Source: Herminiimonas sp. (GTDB lineage Bacteria; Pseudomonadota; Gammaproteobacteria; Burkholderiales; Burkholderiaceae_D). From it: 64,000 bases of DNA. The notes below the pieces were generated by a model, which searched no databases, was not told the origin of the DNA, and saw nothing but the letters and a program-made list of their open reading frames with translations. Below, piece after piece: positions 47,785-58,686 of this stretch. How positions within the stretch are numbered: the stretch's first letter is position 1; every line of letters starts with the position of its first letter. A program made the translations under genes and the position numbers. The stretch lies in NCBI GenBank assembly GCA_014376645.1, contig JACMRD010000110.1, forward strand, positions 14,470 through 78,469, read 5' to 3'.

Positions 47785-48240
47785 TCAGGTCGACACGCTT
47801 CTGGTCTCCAGCAGCTGGCAGCCGAGAATACGCCATTGCCCATCAGGCTCGCGCTCCATCCGGTACAGCGCAACCCAGACCCGATCGTCCGCGTCCGTCA
47901 CGCGCACGCTCTGGATGATCAGGCCATCGACCCGCTGCAGGTCCGTGAAGATCGCCCGGCGGCGTCGGTACACCGGCTGATACCGTTCCTTGACCATGGC
48001 CATGAATAGTTCGGGCGTGCCGAAGCGCGTGCGGGCGGCGCTACTGGCCTGGGCGAAGGCAGCATCGGCATCGTCGCGGTCGAATGCATCGAGCTGCCGC
48101 TGCACCGTTGCCTGAATGGCCTTTGACTCGGCAGCGTCGATCGACGACTCTGCCCGCGCCGGCGGGCTTAGCGCGAATGCCGGTAGCCCTGCTTGTAATG
48201 CAAAGACCACTACCGCTGCGTGGATGGATCGGTAAGCCAT
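47785..48240 (-). CDS. secreted DUF4864-like protein
   Basis: I trimmed the ORF to the ATG at 48240. There is a signal peptide, then IQATVQRQLDAFDRDDADAAFAQAS...WVALYRMEREPDGQWRILGCQL, an SnoaL/NTF2-like pattern. Confidence 0.6.
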   Translation of the reverse strand: MAYRSIHAAVVVFALQAGLPAFALSPPARAESSIDAAESKAIQATVQRQLDAFDRDDADAAFAQASSAARTRFGTPELFMAMVKERYQPVYRRRRAIFTDLQRVDGLIIQSVRVTDADDRVWVALYRMEREPDGQWRILGCQLLETRSVST

Positions 48241-48346
48241 GGCGTCTTCTTTTGAATGACAGGATCGAGCAGCGCCCGCAATCCAGTGTAGAACAAATCC
48301 TGACAGCCCAACGCAGGCCGATACGGCAGCACAGGCGATGCGGAAC

Positions 48347-48370
48347 AAAAAAGCAGCCCGCAGGCTGCTT
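48347..48370 (-). terminator. rho-independent terminator after the acyl-CoA dehydrogenase gene
   Basis: The plus strand reads AAAAAAGCAGCC-CGCA-GGCTGCTT. On the minus strand the stem is followed by a T6 run. Confidence 0.65.
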
Positions 48371-48394
48371 CGATTCCCTGCGTTCGACGAGCGT

Positions 48395-50185
48395 TTAGAA
48401 CTGATCGTTCGTCAATGCCATGACACCACTGCTGCCCTCCACGATTGCCTGACGCAATCCGCTGGCCTGCGACATCACATGGTCGGCAAAAAAGCGGGCG
48501 GTGGCGATCTTGGCGCGATAGAAATCCGCATCGCCGTCGCCATTCTGCAAGTGCTGCTTTGCCGCCAGCGCCGCACGCGCCATCTGCCAGCCGCCCAGGA
48601 CAATACCGGCAAGCTTGAGGTACAGCACGCTGCCTGAGAACACGCCCTTGATGTCGGTCTTCATGTTGGTGGCGACATAGGTCACGACCTCGTCGAGCGC
48701 GGTCGAGCCCAGCATGAGCTGCCCGCGGATCGCAGCCAGGTCGTCGTCGGCATGGCCGGCCAGCGCCGTCTCGGTGGCACGCACCTGGGCGATGATGCCA
48801 CGCGCGACCGCGCCGCCGTCACGCACCGTCTTGCGGCCGACCAGGTCATTGGCCTGGATCGCTGTCGTGCCCTCGTAGATCGTCAGGATGCGGGCGTCGC
48901 GATAGTATTGCGCGGCGCCTGTTTCCTCGATGAAGCCCATACCGCCATGAACCTGGACACCCGTCGAGGCAACCTCGATCGACATTTCTGTCGACCAGCC
49001 CTTGACGACCGGCACCATGTATTCGTAGAACGCCTGGTTCGATTGACGGGTCGCGGCATCGGTGGCGTGGTGTCCCGCATCGAAGGCAGCGGCAGTGACG
49101 TATGCCAGCGCACGGGCGGCCTCGGTCTGGGACCGCATCGACATGAGCATGCGCCGCACGTCCGGTTGATGAATGATCGTCACCGGTCCGGCCGAGCCGG
49201 ACAGGTCGCGCGACTGCACCCGGTCCTTGGCATAGCCGACCGCTTTCTGATACGCCCGCTCGGCGATGCCGACACCCTGCATGCCGACCGCGAAGCGCGC
49301 CGCATTCATCATGATGAACATGTACTCGAGGCCGCGATTTTCTGCTCCGACCAGCGTACCGGTGGCGCCACCATGATCGCCGAACTGCAGCACCGCGGTC
49401 GGGCTGGCCTTGATGCCCAGCTTGTGCTCGATCGAGACGCACTGCACGTCGTTGCGCTCACCCAGGCTACCGTCCGCATTGACGAGGAACTTCGGTACCA
49501 CGAACAGCGAAATGCCCTTGACGCCTTCGGGCGCGTCGGGAGTCCGGGCCAGCACCAGGTGAATGATGTTCTCGGCCATGTCGTGATCACCGTAGGTGAT
49601 GTAGATCTTGGTGCCGCTGACCTTGTACGTGCCATCGCCCTGCGGCACGGCACGTGAGCGCACCATCGCCAGGTCGGACCCTGCCTGCGGCTCGGTCAGG
49701 TTCATCGTGCCGGTCCATTTGCCAGAAATTAGGTTGGCCAGATACGTGTCCTTCTGCTCGTCGGTACCGGCCGTCATGAGCGCCTCGATCGCGCCATCGG
49801 TCAGCAAGGGGCACAGGGCAAACGCCAGGTTGGCCGAATTGAGCATTTCGATACAGGGCGTGGCTACCAGCTTGGGCAAGCCCTGACCACCGAAATCAGC
49901 CGGATGCTGCACACCCTGCCAGCCGGCGTCGCCGAAGGCCTTGAACGCCTCCTTGAAGCCCTTGGTGGTGGTGACCGTGCCTTCGCGCCAGAAGCTCGGT
50001 TGCTGGTCGCCGGGCCAATTCAATGGCGCCACGACTTCGCTGCAGAACTTTGCATTTTCTTCCAGCACCGCTTCGACGATTTCGGGCGTGGCATCCTCGC
50101 AGCCGGGCAGCGCATTCACGGCAGCCAGTCCAGCCAGGTCGTTCATTACAAACAACATGTCTTTCAGGGGGGCGCAGTAGGTCAT
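48395..50185 (-). CDS. long-form acyl-CoA dehydrogenase (FadE-like, with a C-terminal extension domain)
   Basis: 596 aa. It has LTEPQAGSDLA, TKIYITYGDHD and YEGTTAIQANDLVGRK motifs. Confidence 0.9.
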   Translation of the reverse strand: MTYCAPLKDMLFVMNDLAGLAAVNALPGCEDATPEIVEAVLEENAKFCSEVVAPLNWPGDQQPSFWREGTVTTTKGFKEAFKAFGDAGWQGVQHPADFGGQGLPKLVATPCIEMLNSANLAFALCPLLTDGAIEALMTAGTDEQKDTYLANLISGKWTGTMNLTEPQAGSDLAMVRSRAVPQGDGTYKVSGTKIYITYGDHDMAENIIHLVLARTPDAPEGVKGISLFVVPKFLVNADGSLGERNDVQCVSIEHKLGIKASPTAVLQFGDHGGATGTLVGAENRGLEYMFIMMNAARFAVGMQGVGIAERAYQKAVGYAKDRVQSRDLSGSAGPVTIIHQPDVRRMLMSMRSQTEAARALAYVTAAAFDAGHHATDAATRQSNQAFYEYMVPVVKGWSTEMSIEVASTGVQVHGGMGFIEETGAAQYYRDARILTIYEGTTAIQANDLVGRKTVRDGGAVARGIIAQVRATETALAGHADDDLAAIRGQLMLGSTALDEVVTYVATNMKTDIKGVFSGSVLYLKLAGIVLGGWQMARAALAAKQHLQNGDGDADFYRAKIATARFFADHVMSQASGLRQAIVEGSSGVMALTNDQF

Positions 50186-50215
50186 CTCAATCTCCGTTAG
50201 TACAATTGTCCAGGC

Positions 50216-50261
50216 AAAAAAAATGGCATCGGTCAGCGACGGTGCGCTGTGCCGATGCCAT
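50216..50261 (-). terminator. rho-independent terminator after etfA
   Basis: The plus strand reads A8-TGGCATCGG...CCGATGCCAT. On the minus strand the 10-bp stem is followed by a T8 run. Confidence 0.65.
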
Positions 50262-50279
50262 GGTCATCGGGTCGCGATG

Positions 50280-51209
50280 TCAGCCGAGCTCGGTGACGAG
50301 CTGCGGCACGATGTCGAACAGGTCGCCTACGATGCCATAATCAGCCACCGAAAAGATCGGCGCTTCAGGATCCTTGTTGATGGCAACGATGGTCTTTGAA
50401 TCCTTCATGCCGGCAAGATGCTGGATCGCGCCGGAAATACCGACGGCGACATACAGCGAGGGCGCGACGATCTTGCCGGTCTGTCCAACCTGCCAGTCGT
50501 TGGGCACGTAACCGGCGTCGACTGCGGCGCGTGATGCACCCATGGCAGCGCCAAGCTTGTCAGCCAGTGGCTCGAGGATCTTGAAGTTGTCGCCAGAGCC
50601 CATGCCGCGTCCGCCGGAGACGATGATCTTGGCCGCCGTCAGTTCCGGTCGGTCAGATTTCGCCAGTTCGCGCGAGATGAAGCTTGATTGCCCCGAATCG
50701 ACGACGGCAGCGACATTCTCGATCGTCGCCGTGCCGCCGGTGCCGGCTGCATCGAAGCCGGTGGTGCGCACGGTGATGACCTTGATGGCATCGCTCGACT
50801 GCACGGTGGCAATCGCATTGCCGGCATAGATCGGCCGCTCGAAGGTATCCGGCGCATCGACCTTGGTGATTTCGGAAATCTGGCCGACGTCGAGCTTGGC
50901 CGCCACGCGGGGCAGGATGTTCTTGCCGTAGGCCGTGGCCGGGGCGAGAATGTGCGAGTAGGCCGACGCCAGTGCCACCACCTGCGCCGCGATGTTTTCT
51001 GCCAGACCGTCGCCAAACGGCGCACCGTCGACCACCAGTACCTTGCTCACACCGGCGGCCCCGGCTGCCGCAGCAGCGGCTGCACCGCAGTTGTGACCGG
51101 CAACCAGTACGTGCACGTCACCACCGCAGGCGGTCGCCGCAGTGATGGTGTTGAGCGTGCTTCCCTTGAGCGACACGTTATCGTGTTCTGCGACGACCAA
51201 TGCAGCCAT
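50280..51209 (-). CDS. etfA: electron transfer flavoprotein alpha subunit
   Basis: It has [10 protein letters not shown]...[44 protein letters not shown]. Confidence 0.95.
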   Translation of the reverse strand: MAALVVAEHDNVSLKGSTLNTITAATACGGDVHVLVAGHNCGAAAAAAAGAAGVSKVLVVDGAPFGDGLAENIAAQVVALASAYSHILAPATAYGKNILPRVAAKLDVGQISEITKVDAPDTFERPIYAGNAIATVQSSDAIKVITVRTTGFDAAGTGGTATIENVAAVVDSGQSSFISRELAKSDRPELTAAKIIVSGGRGMGSGDNFKILEPLADKLGAAMGASRAAVDAGYVPNDWQVGQTGKIVAPSLYVAVGISGAIQHLAGMKDSKTIVAINKDPEAPIFSVADYGIVGDLFDIVPQLVTELG

Positions 51210-51290
51210 GATTGTTCCTCCGTTTTCGGAGCGCCGTTGGCCGCCCCGTGGTTATGATTGCAGCCGCGCATTCGCGGCTGCGGCAAAAGC

Positions 51291-52040
51291 TCAGATGACC
51301 TTGGCTTCGGTCTTCAATTTACTGACAAGGGTCGTCACGTCGGGCACCTTGATGCCGGCCGAACGCTTGGCAGGCTCGACCACCTTCAACGTCTTCAGGC
51401 GCGGGGCCGGATCGACACCGAGGTCGGCTGGCTTGAAGATCTCCAGGGTTTTCTTCTTCGCCTTCATGATGTTAGGCAGCGTCACATAGCGCGGCTCATT
51501 CAAGCGCAGGTCGGTGGTCACGATCGCCGGCAGCGTCAGCGCCAACGTCTCCAGGCCGCCATCGACTTCGCGGGTGACCATGGCCTTATCGCCGTCGACA
51601 ACGACTTTCGATGCGAAGGTCGCCTGTGGCCAGCCGAGCAGGGCTGCCAGCATTTGTCCGGTCTGGTTGCAATCGTCGTCAATGGCTTGCTTGCCGAGGA
51701 TGATCAGTTGCGGCTGCTCCTTGTCGGCGACGGCTTTGAGCAGTTTTGCAACTGCCAGCGGCTGCAGCTCGACATCGGTTTCCACCAGGATCCCGCGGTC
51801 AGCGCCGATCGCCATCGCGGTGCGCAGGGTTTCCTGGCACTGGGTGACGCCACAGGATACGGCAATGACTTCGGTGACCTTGCCGGCTTCCTTCAAGCGC
51901 ATCGCTTCCTCGACCGCGATTTCATCGAAAGGGTTCATCGACATCTTGACGTTGGCGATATCGACGCCCGAACCGTCCGACTTCACCCGTACCTTGACGT
52001 TGTAGTCCACTACACGCTTGACTGGGACCAGAACTTTCAT
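51291..52040 (-). CDS. etfB: electron transfer flavoprotein beta subunit
   Basis: It has [20 protein letters not shown]...[11 protein letters not shown]...[16 protein letters not shown]. Confidence 0.95.
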   Translation of the reverse strand: MKVLVPVKRVVDYNVKVRVKSDGSGVDIANVKMSMNPFDEIAVEEAMRLKEAGKVTEVIAVSCGVTQCQETLRTAMAIGADRGILVETDVELQPLAVAKLLKAVADKEQPQLIILGKQAIDDDCNQTGQMLAALLGWPQATFASKVVVDGDKAMVTREVDGGLETLALTLPAIVTTDLRLNEPRYVTLPNIMKAKKKTLEIFKPADLGVDPAPRLKTLKVVEPAKRSAGIKVPDVTTLVSKLKTEAKVI

Positions 52041-52244
52041 GAGTTTGCCTTTTGAAAAGAACAGTTGACGGTTTCGTAGATCAGACAGAATTATAAAGAA
52101 GAACGGTGAACACCCCGGATTTTAGCACGACCGTGCGATTTAGTCATTGCACGAAATTTGCACCTCGTGTTTTCCGAAATTGACCAGCAATTTTTGCAGG
52201 AATGCAAGGAAGCGCGGCGACGCGCCGGGTCCGAAGGGACGAAA

Positions 52245-52478
52245 TTACTTGCGCTTCATGAAGAAGGTGTATTCCTTGTTTTCTTCCGCATGGGACATCA
52301 GTTCATTGCCGGTTTGCTTGGCAAATGCCTGAAAATCACGCAGTGCGCCCGGGTCGGTCGCCATCACGCGCAGCACCTCGCCGGCGGCCATTTCGGCCAG
52401 GGCTTTCTTGGTCTTCAAAATCGGCAGCGGGCAATTCAATCCGCGTGCGTCCAGATCCTTGTTATAGTCCATCGTCAT
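52245..52478 (-). CDS. TusA/SirA-family sulfurtransferase
   Basis: I trimmed the ORF to the ATG at 52478 (or 52472). LDARGLNCPLPILKTKKAL carries the CPxP active-site motif. Confidence 0.8.
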   Translation of the reverse strand: MTMDYNKDLDARGLNCPLPILKTKKALAEMAAGEVLRVMATDPGALRDFQAFAKQTGNELMSHAEENKEYTFFMKRK

Positions 52479-52573
52479 GCTTTCGAGTCCGTGTCCAGTT
52501 ATCATACTCTCGATTTGAAAAGTGGCCATGGTACGTGACGCATTGCAACAACGGCAAGGCCAAACAATCGTCG

Positions 52574-53113
52574 TCATTCCACCGAATTGTTGGTAACGGT
52601 GATCTGGGTCGGCCAATCGATGAACTCGACTGCGAGGCCACGCCCGCGCATCCAGTCAGCCATGGCATAACCAGTCCCGGCGCGCCAGGGGCGAAGCTTT
52701 TCCGGCCTGATCAGGCGAAAATCCACTAGCTCCGCCGACAACCGGATATCGCCTGAAGCCTTCACGTGATACGCAAGGATGACCTCGTTCTTGCGGATGA
52801 ACTCGTAGTTCCCGATCAGCGTCACTTCCTGTGCATCGAGATTCGTTTCTTCCTTCAATTCCCTTGCGACGCCCTGTTCCGGCGTCTCGCCGCGCTCCAT
52901 GAAGCCGGTGATCAGCGCGAAGGTGTTTGCCGTCCAGGCGGCATTGCGCGCCAACAGGATCTGCCCTTCGACTTCGACCAGCGCAGCCAGAACAGGCAGC
53001 GGATTGTCCCAGTGTGTCCAATGACCTGTGGGGCAACCGAGGCGGTCGCGCTCACCACCGAACACGGTGGCCAGCACCTCGGCACAAACCGGGCAGAAGC
53101 GCAGCGCGGTCAT
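52574..53113 (-). CDS. NUDIX hydrolase with an N-terminal zinc-ribbon (NADH-pyrophosphatase-like architecture)
   Basis: I trimmed the ORF to the ATG at 53113. It has FCPVCAEV...GCPTGH and the Nudix box GFMERGETPEQGVARELKEETNL. Confidence 0.8.
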   Translation of the reverse strand: MTALRFCPVCAEVLATVFGGERDRLGCPTGHWTHWDNPLPVLAALVEVEGQILLARNAAWTANTFALITGFMERGETPEQGVARELKEETNLDAQEVTLIGNYEFIRKNEVILAYHVKASGDIRLSAELVDFRLIRPEKLRPWRAGTGYAMADWMRGRGLAVEFIDWPTQITVTNNSVE

Positions 53114-53161
53114 CGCTGCGGCGGGCAATGCATCGCCGCCTCGGCCAACCTGCACTTGAGC

Positions 53162-55777
53162 CTATTCGCCACGGGCGCCAACCCATGCCGGTACTGCCTG
53201 CAGCGCCGCGGCCAGGCCGCTCGGATCGGCACCACCCGCCTGCGCCATGTCGGCCCGGCCGCCGCCCTTGCCGCCGACTTGCCGGGCGACGAAATTGACC
53301 AGCTCGCCAGCTTTGACGCGCGTGGTGGCGTTGTCGGTGACGCCGGCAATCAGGCTGACTTTTCCATCCTTCACGGCAGCAAGGACGATGGCCGCTGTCT
53401 TGAGCTTGGCCTTGAGCTGATCCATGGTCTGGCGCAGGGTGGCGACATCGGCCCCCTCCAGCGTGGCTGCCAAAACATGGATGCCGTTGACCTCGACCGC
53501 CTGGGTCGCCAGCCCGTCGCCCTGCGAAACCGCCATCTTCGATTTCAGACTGGCCAGCTCGCGCTCGAGCGTCTTCACATGTTCCTGTACCTGCACGATG
53601 CGCTGGGTGATTTCTTCCGGCGGCGCCTTGAGCATCGCCGCAGCGTCGCTAAGGCGGCCACTAAGCGACTGCATCAGGGTCAGCGCGTTCGCACCTGTGA
53701 CCGCTTCCACGCGACGAATACCGGCGGCGACACCGCTCTCCCCGACGATCTTGAACAGGCCAATGTCGCCGGTGCGTCCGACGTGGGTGCCGCCGCAGAG
53801 CTCGGTCGAACTGCCGATACCAAGCACCCGGACTTCATCGCCGTATTTTTCGCCGAAGAGCGCCATGGCGCCACTGCGCACAGCGTCGTCGTAGGACATC
53901 AGCCTGGCTTCGGTAGCGGCGTTGGCGAGAATTTCGGTGTTCACGATCGATTCGACGCGACGAATTTCATCGGCCGTCAACGGTGCGCTGTGGCTGAAAT
54001 CGAAACGGGTCTTGTCGGCATCGACCAGCGAGCCTTTTTGCGCCACGTGCGAGCCGAGCACTTCCCGCAAGGCCTTGTGCATCAGGTGGGTCGCGGAGTG
54101 ATTGCGAATGGTGTGCGAGCGGCGCACGGCATCGACCCGCGCGTCCACTGCGGCGCCCAATGCCAACCTGCCCGTTTCCAGGCGGCCATGATGGCCGAAC
54201 ACATCGGTCTGCACTTTCAGCGTATCGCTGACGGCGAACTGGCTGCCGTCAGCTGCGGCGAGCACACCTGCGTCACCGGCCTGACCGCCGGATTCGGCAT
54301 AGAACGGCGTGGTATCGAGCACCACCACGGCGTCCTGGCCGGCGCTGATCTCCGGCACCGCGACGCCATCCACATACAGCGCAACCACCCGTGCCGCATG
54401 CTCCAGCGACTCGTAACCGACGAAGCGGGTTTTTTCGCCGCCGTAGACAACTCCGGCGGCCATCTTGAATTTGCCGGCCGCACGCGCCGTGCTGCGTTGC
54501 CGCGCCATGGCGGCGTCGAAGCCGGCTTCATCCAGCGTGACATTACGTTCACGGCAGATATCGGCAGTCAGGTCAAGCGGGAAGCCGAACGTGTCGTACA
54601 GCGTGAAGGCGGTATCGCCATCGAGGCGCTCCGGACTCTTGGCCAGTGCCGCCTCGAGGATCTTCATCCCGTGTTCCAGCGTTTCGCCAAAACGCTCTTC
54701 TTCCTGCTTGAGTACCTGCTCGACGCGGCCGGCGGCTTGCGCCAGTTCAGGATAGGCCGCGCCCATTTCCTGCACCAGGTCGGCTACCAACTGATAGAAA
54801 AAAGGCCGCGGCTGTCCCAGCTTGTGACCGTGACGCAGCGCGCGGCGGATGATCCGGCGCAGCACATAGCCGCGCCCCTCGTTACCCGGCAGGATGCCGT
54901 CGACCACCAGGAAGGAGCATGCCCGGATATGGTCTGCGATGACTTTCAGCGAGTTGTCGGCCAGGTCGGTGGCGCCGGTAGCGCGGGCAGCAGCCTTGAT
55001 CAGGTGCTGGAAAATATCGATGTCGTAATTCGAATGCACGTGCTGCAACACTGCCGCAATCCGCTCCAAACCCATGCCGGTGTCGACGCAGGGCCGCGGC
55101 AAGGGGTTCATGGTGCCGGCTTCGTCACGATTGAACTGCATGAAGACGAGATTCCAGATCTCGATGTAGCGGTCGCCGTTCTCGTCTGCACTGCCCGGTG
55201 GACCGCCCCAGACGTCCGGGCCATGATCGTAGAAGATTTCCGAACAGGGTCCGCACGGACCGGTGTCGGCCATCTGCCAGAAATTGTCCGATGCGTAGCG
55301 CGCGCCCTTGTTGTCGCCGATTCGCACGATCCGGTCGGCCGGCACGCCGATCTCGTTGTGCCAGATCGCATGGGCTTCATCGTCTTCCTGATAGACGGTG
55401 ACCCATAATTTTTCCTTTGGCAGACCATAGACGCCAGTCAGCAATTCCCAGGCAAAGTGAATCGCATCGCGCTTGAAATAATCGCCGAACGAGAAATTCC
55501 CGAGCATTTCAAAAAAAGTGTGATGACGCGCCGTATAGCCGACGTTTTCAAGATCGTTGTGCTTGCCGCCAGCCCGCAGGCTGCGCTGGGATGAGGTCGC
55601 GCGGGTGTAACTGCGCTTGTCCTGTCCAAGGAACACATCCTTGAACTGCACCATCCCTGAATTGGTGAACAACAACGTGGGATCGTTGCCTGGTACCAGG
55701 CTCGACGAGCGCACGATCGCGTGCCCTTTGGATTCGAAAAACTTGAGGAATTTATCGCGGATTTCAGACGAGTTCAT
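53162..55777 (-). CDS. alaS: alanine--tRNA ligase
   Basis: 871 aa. It has [23 protein letters not shown], the editing-domain HSATHLMH...CGGTH, and the C-terminal [13 protein letters not shown]. Confidence 0.97.
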   Translation of the reverse strand: MNSSEIRDKFLKFFESKGHAIVRSSSLVPGNDPTLLFTNSGMVQFKDVFLGQDKRSYTRATSSQRSLRAGGKHNDLENVGYTARHHTFFEMLGNFSFGDYFKRDAIHFAWELLTGVYGLPKEKLWVTVYQEDDEAHAIWHNEIGVPADRIVRIGDNKGARYASDNFWQMADTGPCGPCSEIFYDHGPDVWGGPPGSADENGDRYIEIWNLVFMQFNRDEAGTMNPLPRPCVDTGMGLERIAAVLQHVHSNYDIDIFQHLIKAAARATGATDLADNSLKVIADHIRACSFLVVDGILPGNEGRGYVLRRIIRRALRHGHKLGQPRPFFYQLVADLVQEMGAAYPELAQAAGRVEQVLKQEEERFGETLEHGMKILEAALAKSPERLDGDTAFTLYDTFGFPLDLTADICRERNVTLDEAGFDAAMARQRSTARAAGKFKMAAGVVYGGEKTRFVGYESLEHAARVVALYVDGVAVPEISAGQDAVVVLDTTPFYAESGGQAGDAGVLAAADGSQFAVSDTLKVQTDVFGHHGRLETGRLALGAAVDARVDAVRRSHTIRNHSATHLMHKALREVLGSHVAQKGSLVDADKTRFDFSHSAPLTADEIRRVESIVNTEILANAATEARLMSYDDAVRSGAMALFGEKYGDEVRVLGIGSSTELCGGTHVGRTGDIGLFKIVGESGVAAGIRRVEAVTGANALTLMQSLSGRLSDAAAMLKAPPEEITQRIVQVQEHVKTLERELASLKSKMAVSQGDGLATQAVEVNGIHVLAATLEGADVATLRQTMDQLKAKLKTAAIVLAAVKDGKVSLIAGVTDNATTRVKAGELVNFVARQVGGKGGGRADMAQAGGADPSGLAAALQAVPAWVGARGE

Positions 55778-55870
55778 GGTTTTTGGCAGACAAATAAAAG
55801 GAGGCGCGACGCGACGAACGATCTCCGATTATACGTGATTACGATGCCCGGATTGTCGGTGCGGCAAGTC

Positions 55871-55907
55871 AAAAAAAGCCCGGCGGGGCGGGCCGGCGGG
55901 CTTTTTT
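55871..55907 (-). terminator. bidirectional GC-rich terminator hairpin flanked by A7 and T6
   Basis: AAAAAAAGCCCGGCGGGGCGGGCCGGCGGGCTTTTTT lies 26 nt after the stop of the 55933..56250 gene and is preceded by a second hairpin (CAGACCT-N7-AGGTCTG, 55909-55929). Confidence 0.7.
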
Positions 55908-55932
55908 CAGACCTGAATCCGAGGTCTGGAGC

Positions 55933-56250
55933 TCAGGCGGTACGGCCGTTGTGCTTCTTGCGATAGATCGAGCGATTAGCCTTCGCCTGTTCACGCTTGA
56001 TCTTGCGGCGCTCGGCGCCTGTGACGACGCCGTCGGCCTTGGCTGCACGCTTGTCGGCGCGAATGACCTGCTGCTGTTGCTGCAGTTTCTGCGCTTCCGG
56101 ACGGGTCAGTTCGCCCGAACGCACGCCTTCGGCGATACGGCTTTCCTGATTGCGCTGGGTCTGGCCGATCGCTGGTGTCGCGGTCTGCGCAAAAACCGGC
56201 AGGGCAAAAGCGGTAACGAGCAAAGTGGCGAGAAATTTCGTGGTGTTCAT
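55933..56250 (-). CDS. secreted basic coiled-coil protein, unknown function
   Basis: I trimmed the ORF to the ATG at 56250. The signal peptide is MNTTKFLATLLVTAFALPVFA. It is followed by QRNQESRIAEGVRSGELTRPEAQKLQQQQQVIRADKRAAK... Confidence 0.55.
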   Translation of the reverse strand: MNTTKFLATLLVTAFALPVFAQTATPAIGQTQRNQESRIAEGVRSGELTRPEAQKLQQQQQVIRADKRAAKADGVVTGAERRKIKREQAKANRSIYRKKHNGRTA

Positions 56251-56428
56251 GATTGAATCCTTTAGTGGGTGGACAAGTGGTGAGCTGCGCGTCGCCGACT
56301 GGTGCAGTCCTGCAGTCTGTGACACATGAGCGCTGTGCCCATGCCGACTTTAACGCCCGTGTCTGACCGATCGGAGACGCAGGAACTGTAAGCGGTGTTA
56401 CCGAACATTTCCGACCCACCTCGAAAAT

Positions 56429-57202
56429 CTAGCGTGCTGACTCGAAGTCCGGACCGATCAAGTCCAAACGATCGGTGCAGAAGGCATCGACTCCCCAACG
56501 CAGCAGTTCGGCAGCCCGCGCCGGACCATTGACCGTGTAGCAGAACAGCCCATACCCGGCCTGCCTGACCTGCTGCGCGATTGCCTCGGTCAGAAACTGC
56601 TGGTTCAGGTGGAGCGAGCGCACCCCCGTGAGGCCGGCCTGGTCTTGCCAGTCGTCAGGCAATTTCTCGATCAGTAATCCGCGCGGGAGTTCCGGCGCCG
56701 CAGCACGCGCGGCGGCCAGCGCGGCGACCGAAAACGATGACAGCAGCGGCAGCAAACCACCATCGCCAGATGTGGTGGCGCCACCGTCAGCACTGTCGAA
56801 GCGATCGCGAATCAGCGTTGCGACGGCAGCGCCCGTTTCCACCTCGAATCCGGGAACCGGTTTGATTTCCACATTCATCCAGACGCCGGCGTCGCGGCAG
56901 AAATCGATCACCTGGTCGAGACCGGGAACCGGCTCGCCCGCGAACGCCGCGCCGAACCAGGTGCCGGCGTCCATCTTCATAAGCTGCGCGGCGGAATGCT
57001 CGGCGACGTTGCCGACTCCAGGCACCGTGCGGCCGAATGCCGGATCGTGCATCAGGATCGGGATACCATCCTGCGACAGCATGACGTCGAATTCAACGCC
57101 GCGAAAGCCGTGGGCGTGCCCGCATCGCATCGCCGCCAGCGTGTTTTCCGGCGCCAGGACACCGGCGCCGCGATGGGCAAGAATTCTCGGGTATGGCCAC
57201 AT
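56429..57202 (-). CDS. ugpQ: glycerophosphodiester phosphodiesterase
   Basis: It has ILAHRGAGVLAPENTLAA...GVEFDVMLSQDGIPILMHD (HR...E.D.H motifs). Confidence 0.85.
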   Translation of the reverse strand: MWPYPRILAHRGAGVLAPENTLAAMRCGHAHGFRGVEFDVMLSQDGIPILMHDPAFGRTVPGVGNVAEHSAAQLMKMDAGTWFGAAFAGEPVPGLDQVIDFCRDAGVWMNVEIKPVPGFEVETGAAVATLIRDRFDSADGGATTSGDGGLLPLLSSFSVAALAAARAAAPELPRGLLIEKLPDDWQDQAGLTGVRSLHLNQQFLTEAIAQQVRQAGYGLFCYTVNGPARAAELLRWGVDAFCTDRLDLIGPDFESAR

Positions 57203-57304
57203 GGGGTTCTCCTGCGCCGGACTGCAGCGTTACCAATTCACGTTATACCATGTGCACTTCGGCACCTTCGCCGCACCTGGACCATCGACCCGGAACCCAT
57301 CAAC

Positions 57305-58543
57305 ATGACCTTGCCAATCTCCCCGCAGGCCCTCGGCCACATCCGGGTACTCGACCTGACCCGTGTGCTTGCCGGACCCTGGTGTGCCCAGAATCTGGCC
57401 GACCTTGGCGCCGACGTCATCAAGATAGAGCGCCCCGGCACCGGCGACGATACGCGGGCGTGGGGCCCGCCGTACCTGCGTGATGCCGAAGGCAACGAGA
57501 CGTGCGAGGCTGCCTACTATCTGGCTGCCAATCGAGGAAAGCGTTCGCTCACGCTCGATATCGCGACCCCGGAAGGGCAGCGCATCGTCCGCGAACTGGT
57601 CATGCACTGCGACGTCGTGCTGGAGAACTACAAGGTCGGACAATTGCAGAAGTATGGCCTTGACTACCCTTCACTTGCGTCCATGAAGCCGGACCTGATC
57701 TATTGTTCGATCACCGGCTTCGGCCAGGACGGCCCTTACGCCCACCGCGCCGGTTACGACTTCATCATTCAGGGGCTGGGCGGCTTCATGTCGATCACCG
57801 GTGAGCGCGACGACCAGCCCGGCGGCGGACCGCAAAAGGCCGGCGTGGCCATCACCGATCTGATGACGGGAATGTACGCCACCGTAGCGGTGATGGCGGC
57901 GCTGACCCACCGCGACCGCACCGGCGTCGGTCAGTACATTGACATGGCACTGCTCGACGTACAGGTCGCCATGCTGGCCAACATGGGCACCAACTATCTG
58001 GCGAGCGGCCAGGCGCCGGTCCGCTGGGGCAACGCCCATCCGAACATCGTGCCGTACCAGACATTTGCCACCTCGGACGGCCACATCATCGTGGCGGTCG
58101 GCAACGACGCGCAGTTCTGCAAATTTTGCGAGGCCGGCGGCCAGCCCGAACTGTCGGTCGATCCCCGTTTCTCGACCAATCCGATGCGAGTCGCGCACCG
58201 TGCCGAACTGGTGCCGCTGCTCAGCGCAATGGTAGTGCAACATACGCGCGATACGTGGATCGGCATGCTTGAAGATGCCGGCGTTCCCTGCGGACCGATC
58301 AACACCCTTGCGGATACCTTTGCCAATCCGCAGGTCCGAGCCCGCGGCATGCAGATCGACTTGCCACATCCGTCCGCCGGTACGGTCAAACTGGTTGGCA
58401 ATCCGATCAGGCTCTCGCAAACCCCGGTGCAATACGATCGCCCGCCACCGCTACTCGGCGAACATGGCGATGACATCCTGCGCGATCTGCTTGGCTACGG
58501 CGAAGGTGACATCGCCACGCTCCGGAAAAACGGGATCACCTGA
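57305..58543 (+). CDS. family III CoA-transferase (CaiB/BaiF)
   Basis: I trimmed the track ORF 56996..58543 to the ATG at 57305, which removes the overlap with ugpQ. It has IRVLDLTRVLAGPWCAQNLADLGADVIKIERP...GYDFIIQGLGGFMSITG. Confidence 0.85.
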   Translation: MTLPISPQALGHIRVLDLTRVLAGPWCAQNLADLGADVIKIERPGTGDDTRAWGPPYLRDAEGNETCEAAYYLAANRGKRSLTLDIATPEGQRIVRELVMHCDVVLENYKVGQLQKYGLDYPSLASMKPDLIYCSITGFGQDGPYAHRAGYDFIIQGLGGFMSITGERDDQPGGGPQKAGVAITDLMTGMYATVAVMAALTHRDRTGVGQYIDMALLDVQVAMLANMGTNYLASGQAPVRWGNAHPNIVPYQTFATSDGHIIVAVGNDAQFCKFCEAGGQPELSVDPRFSTNPMRVAHRAELVPLLSAMVVQHTRDTWIGMLEDAGVPCGPINTLADTFANPQVRARGMQIDLPHPSAGTVKLVGNPIRLSQTPVQYDRPPPLLGEHGDDILRDLLGYGEGDIATLRKNGIT

Positions 58544-58686
58544 TCCTGTTACCGTCGCCAATTCAATTTTCCTCAGAACGGTGCGATTGAATATCAATTG
58601 AATTGCCACTAAGAAATGTCCTGCCTATAAAGGGTGAATGGACTCCTGCGTCGATGTGGCGTGGATCCTCACCTCTCGGACAAAAA

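Noticed and set aside
52766-55408. An 880-aa plus-strand ORF.
   Set aside because: It lies entirely antisense to alaS, whose protein carries unmistakable AlaRS motifs. The ORF is Arg/Gly/Ala-rich low-information sequence, typical of shadow frames in high-GC DNA.
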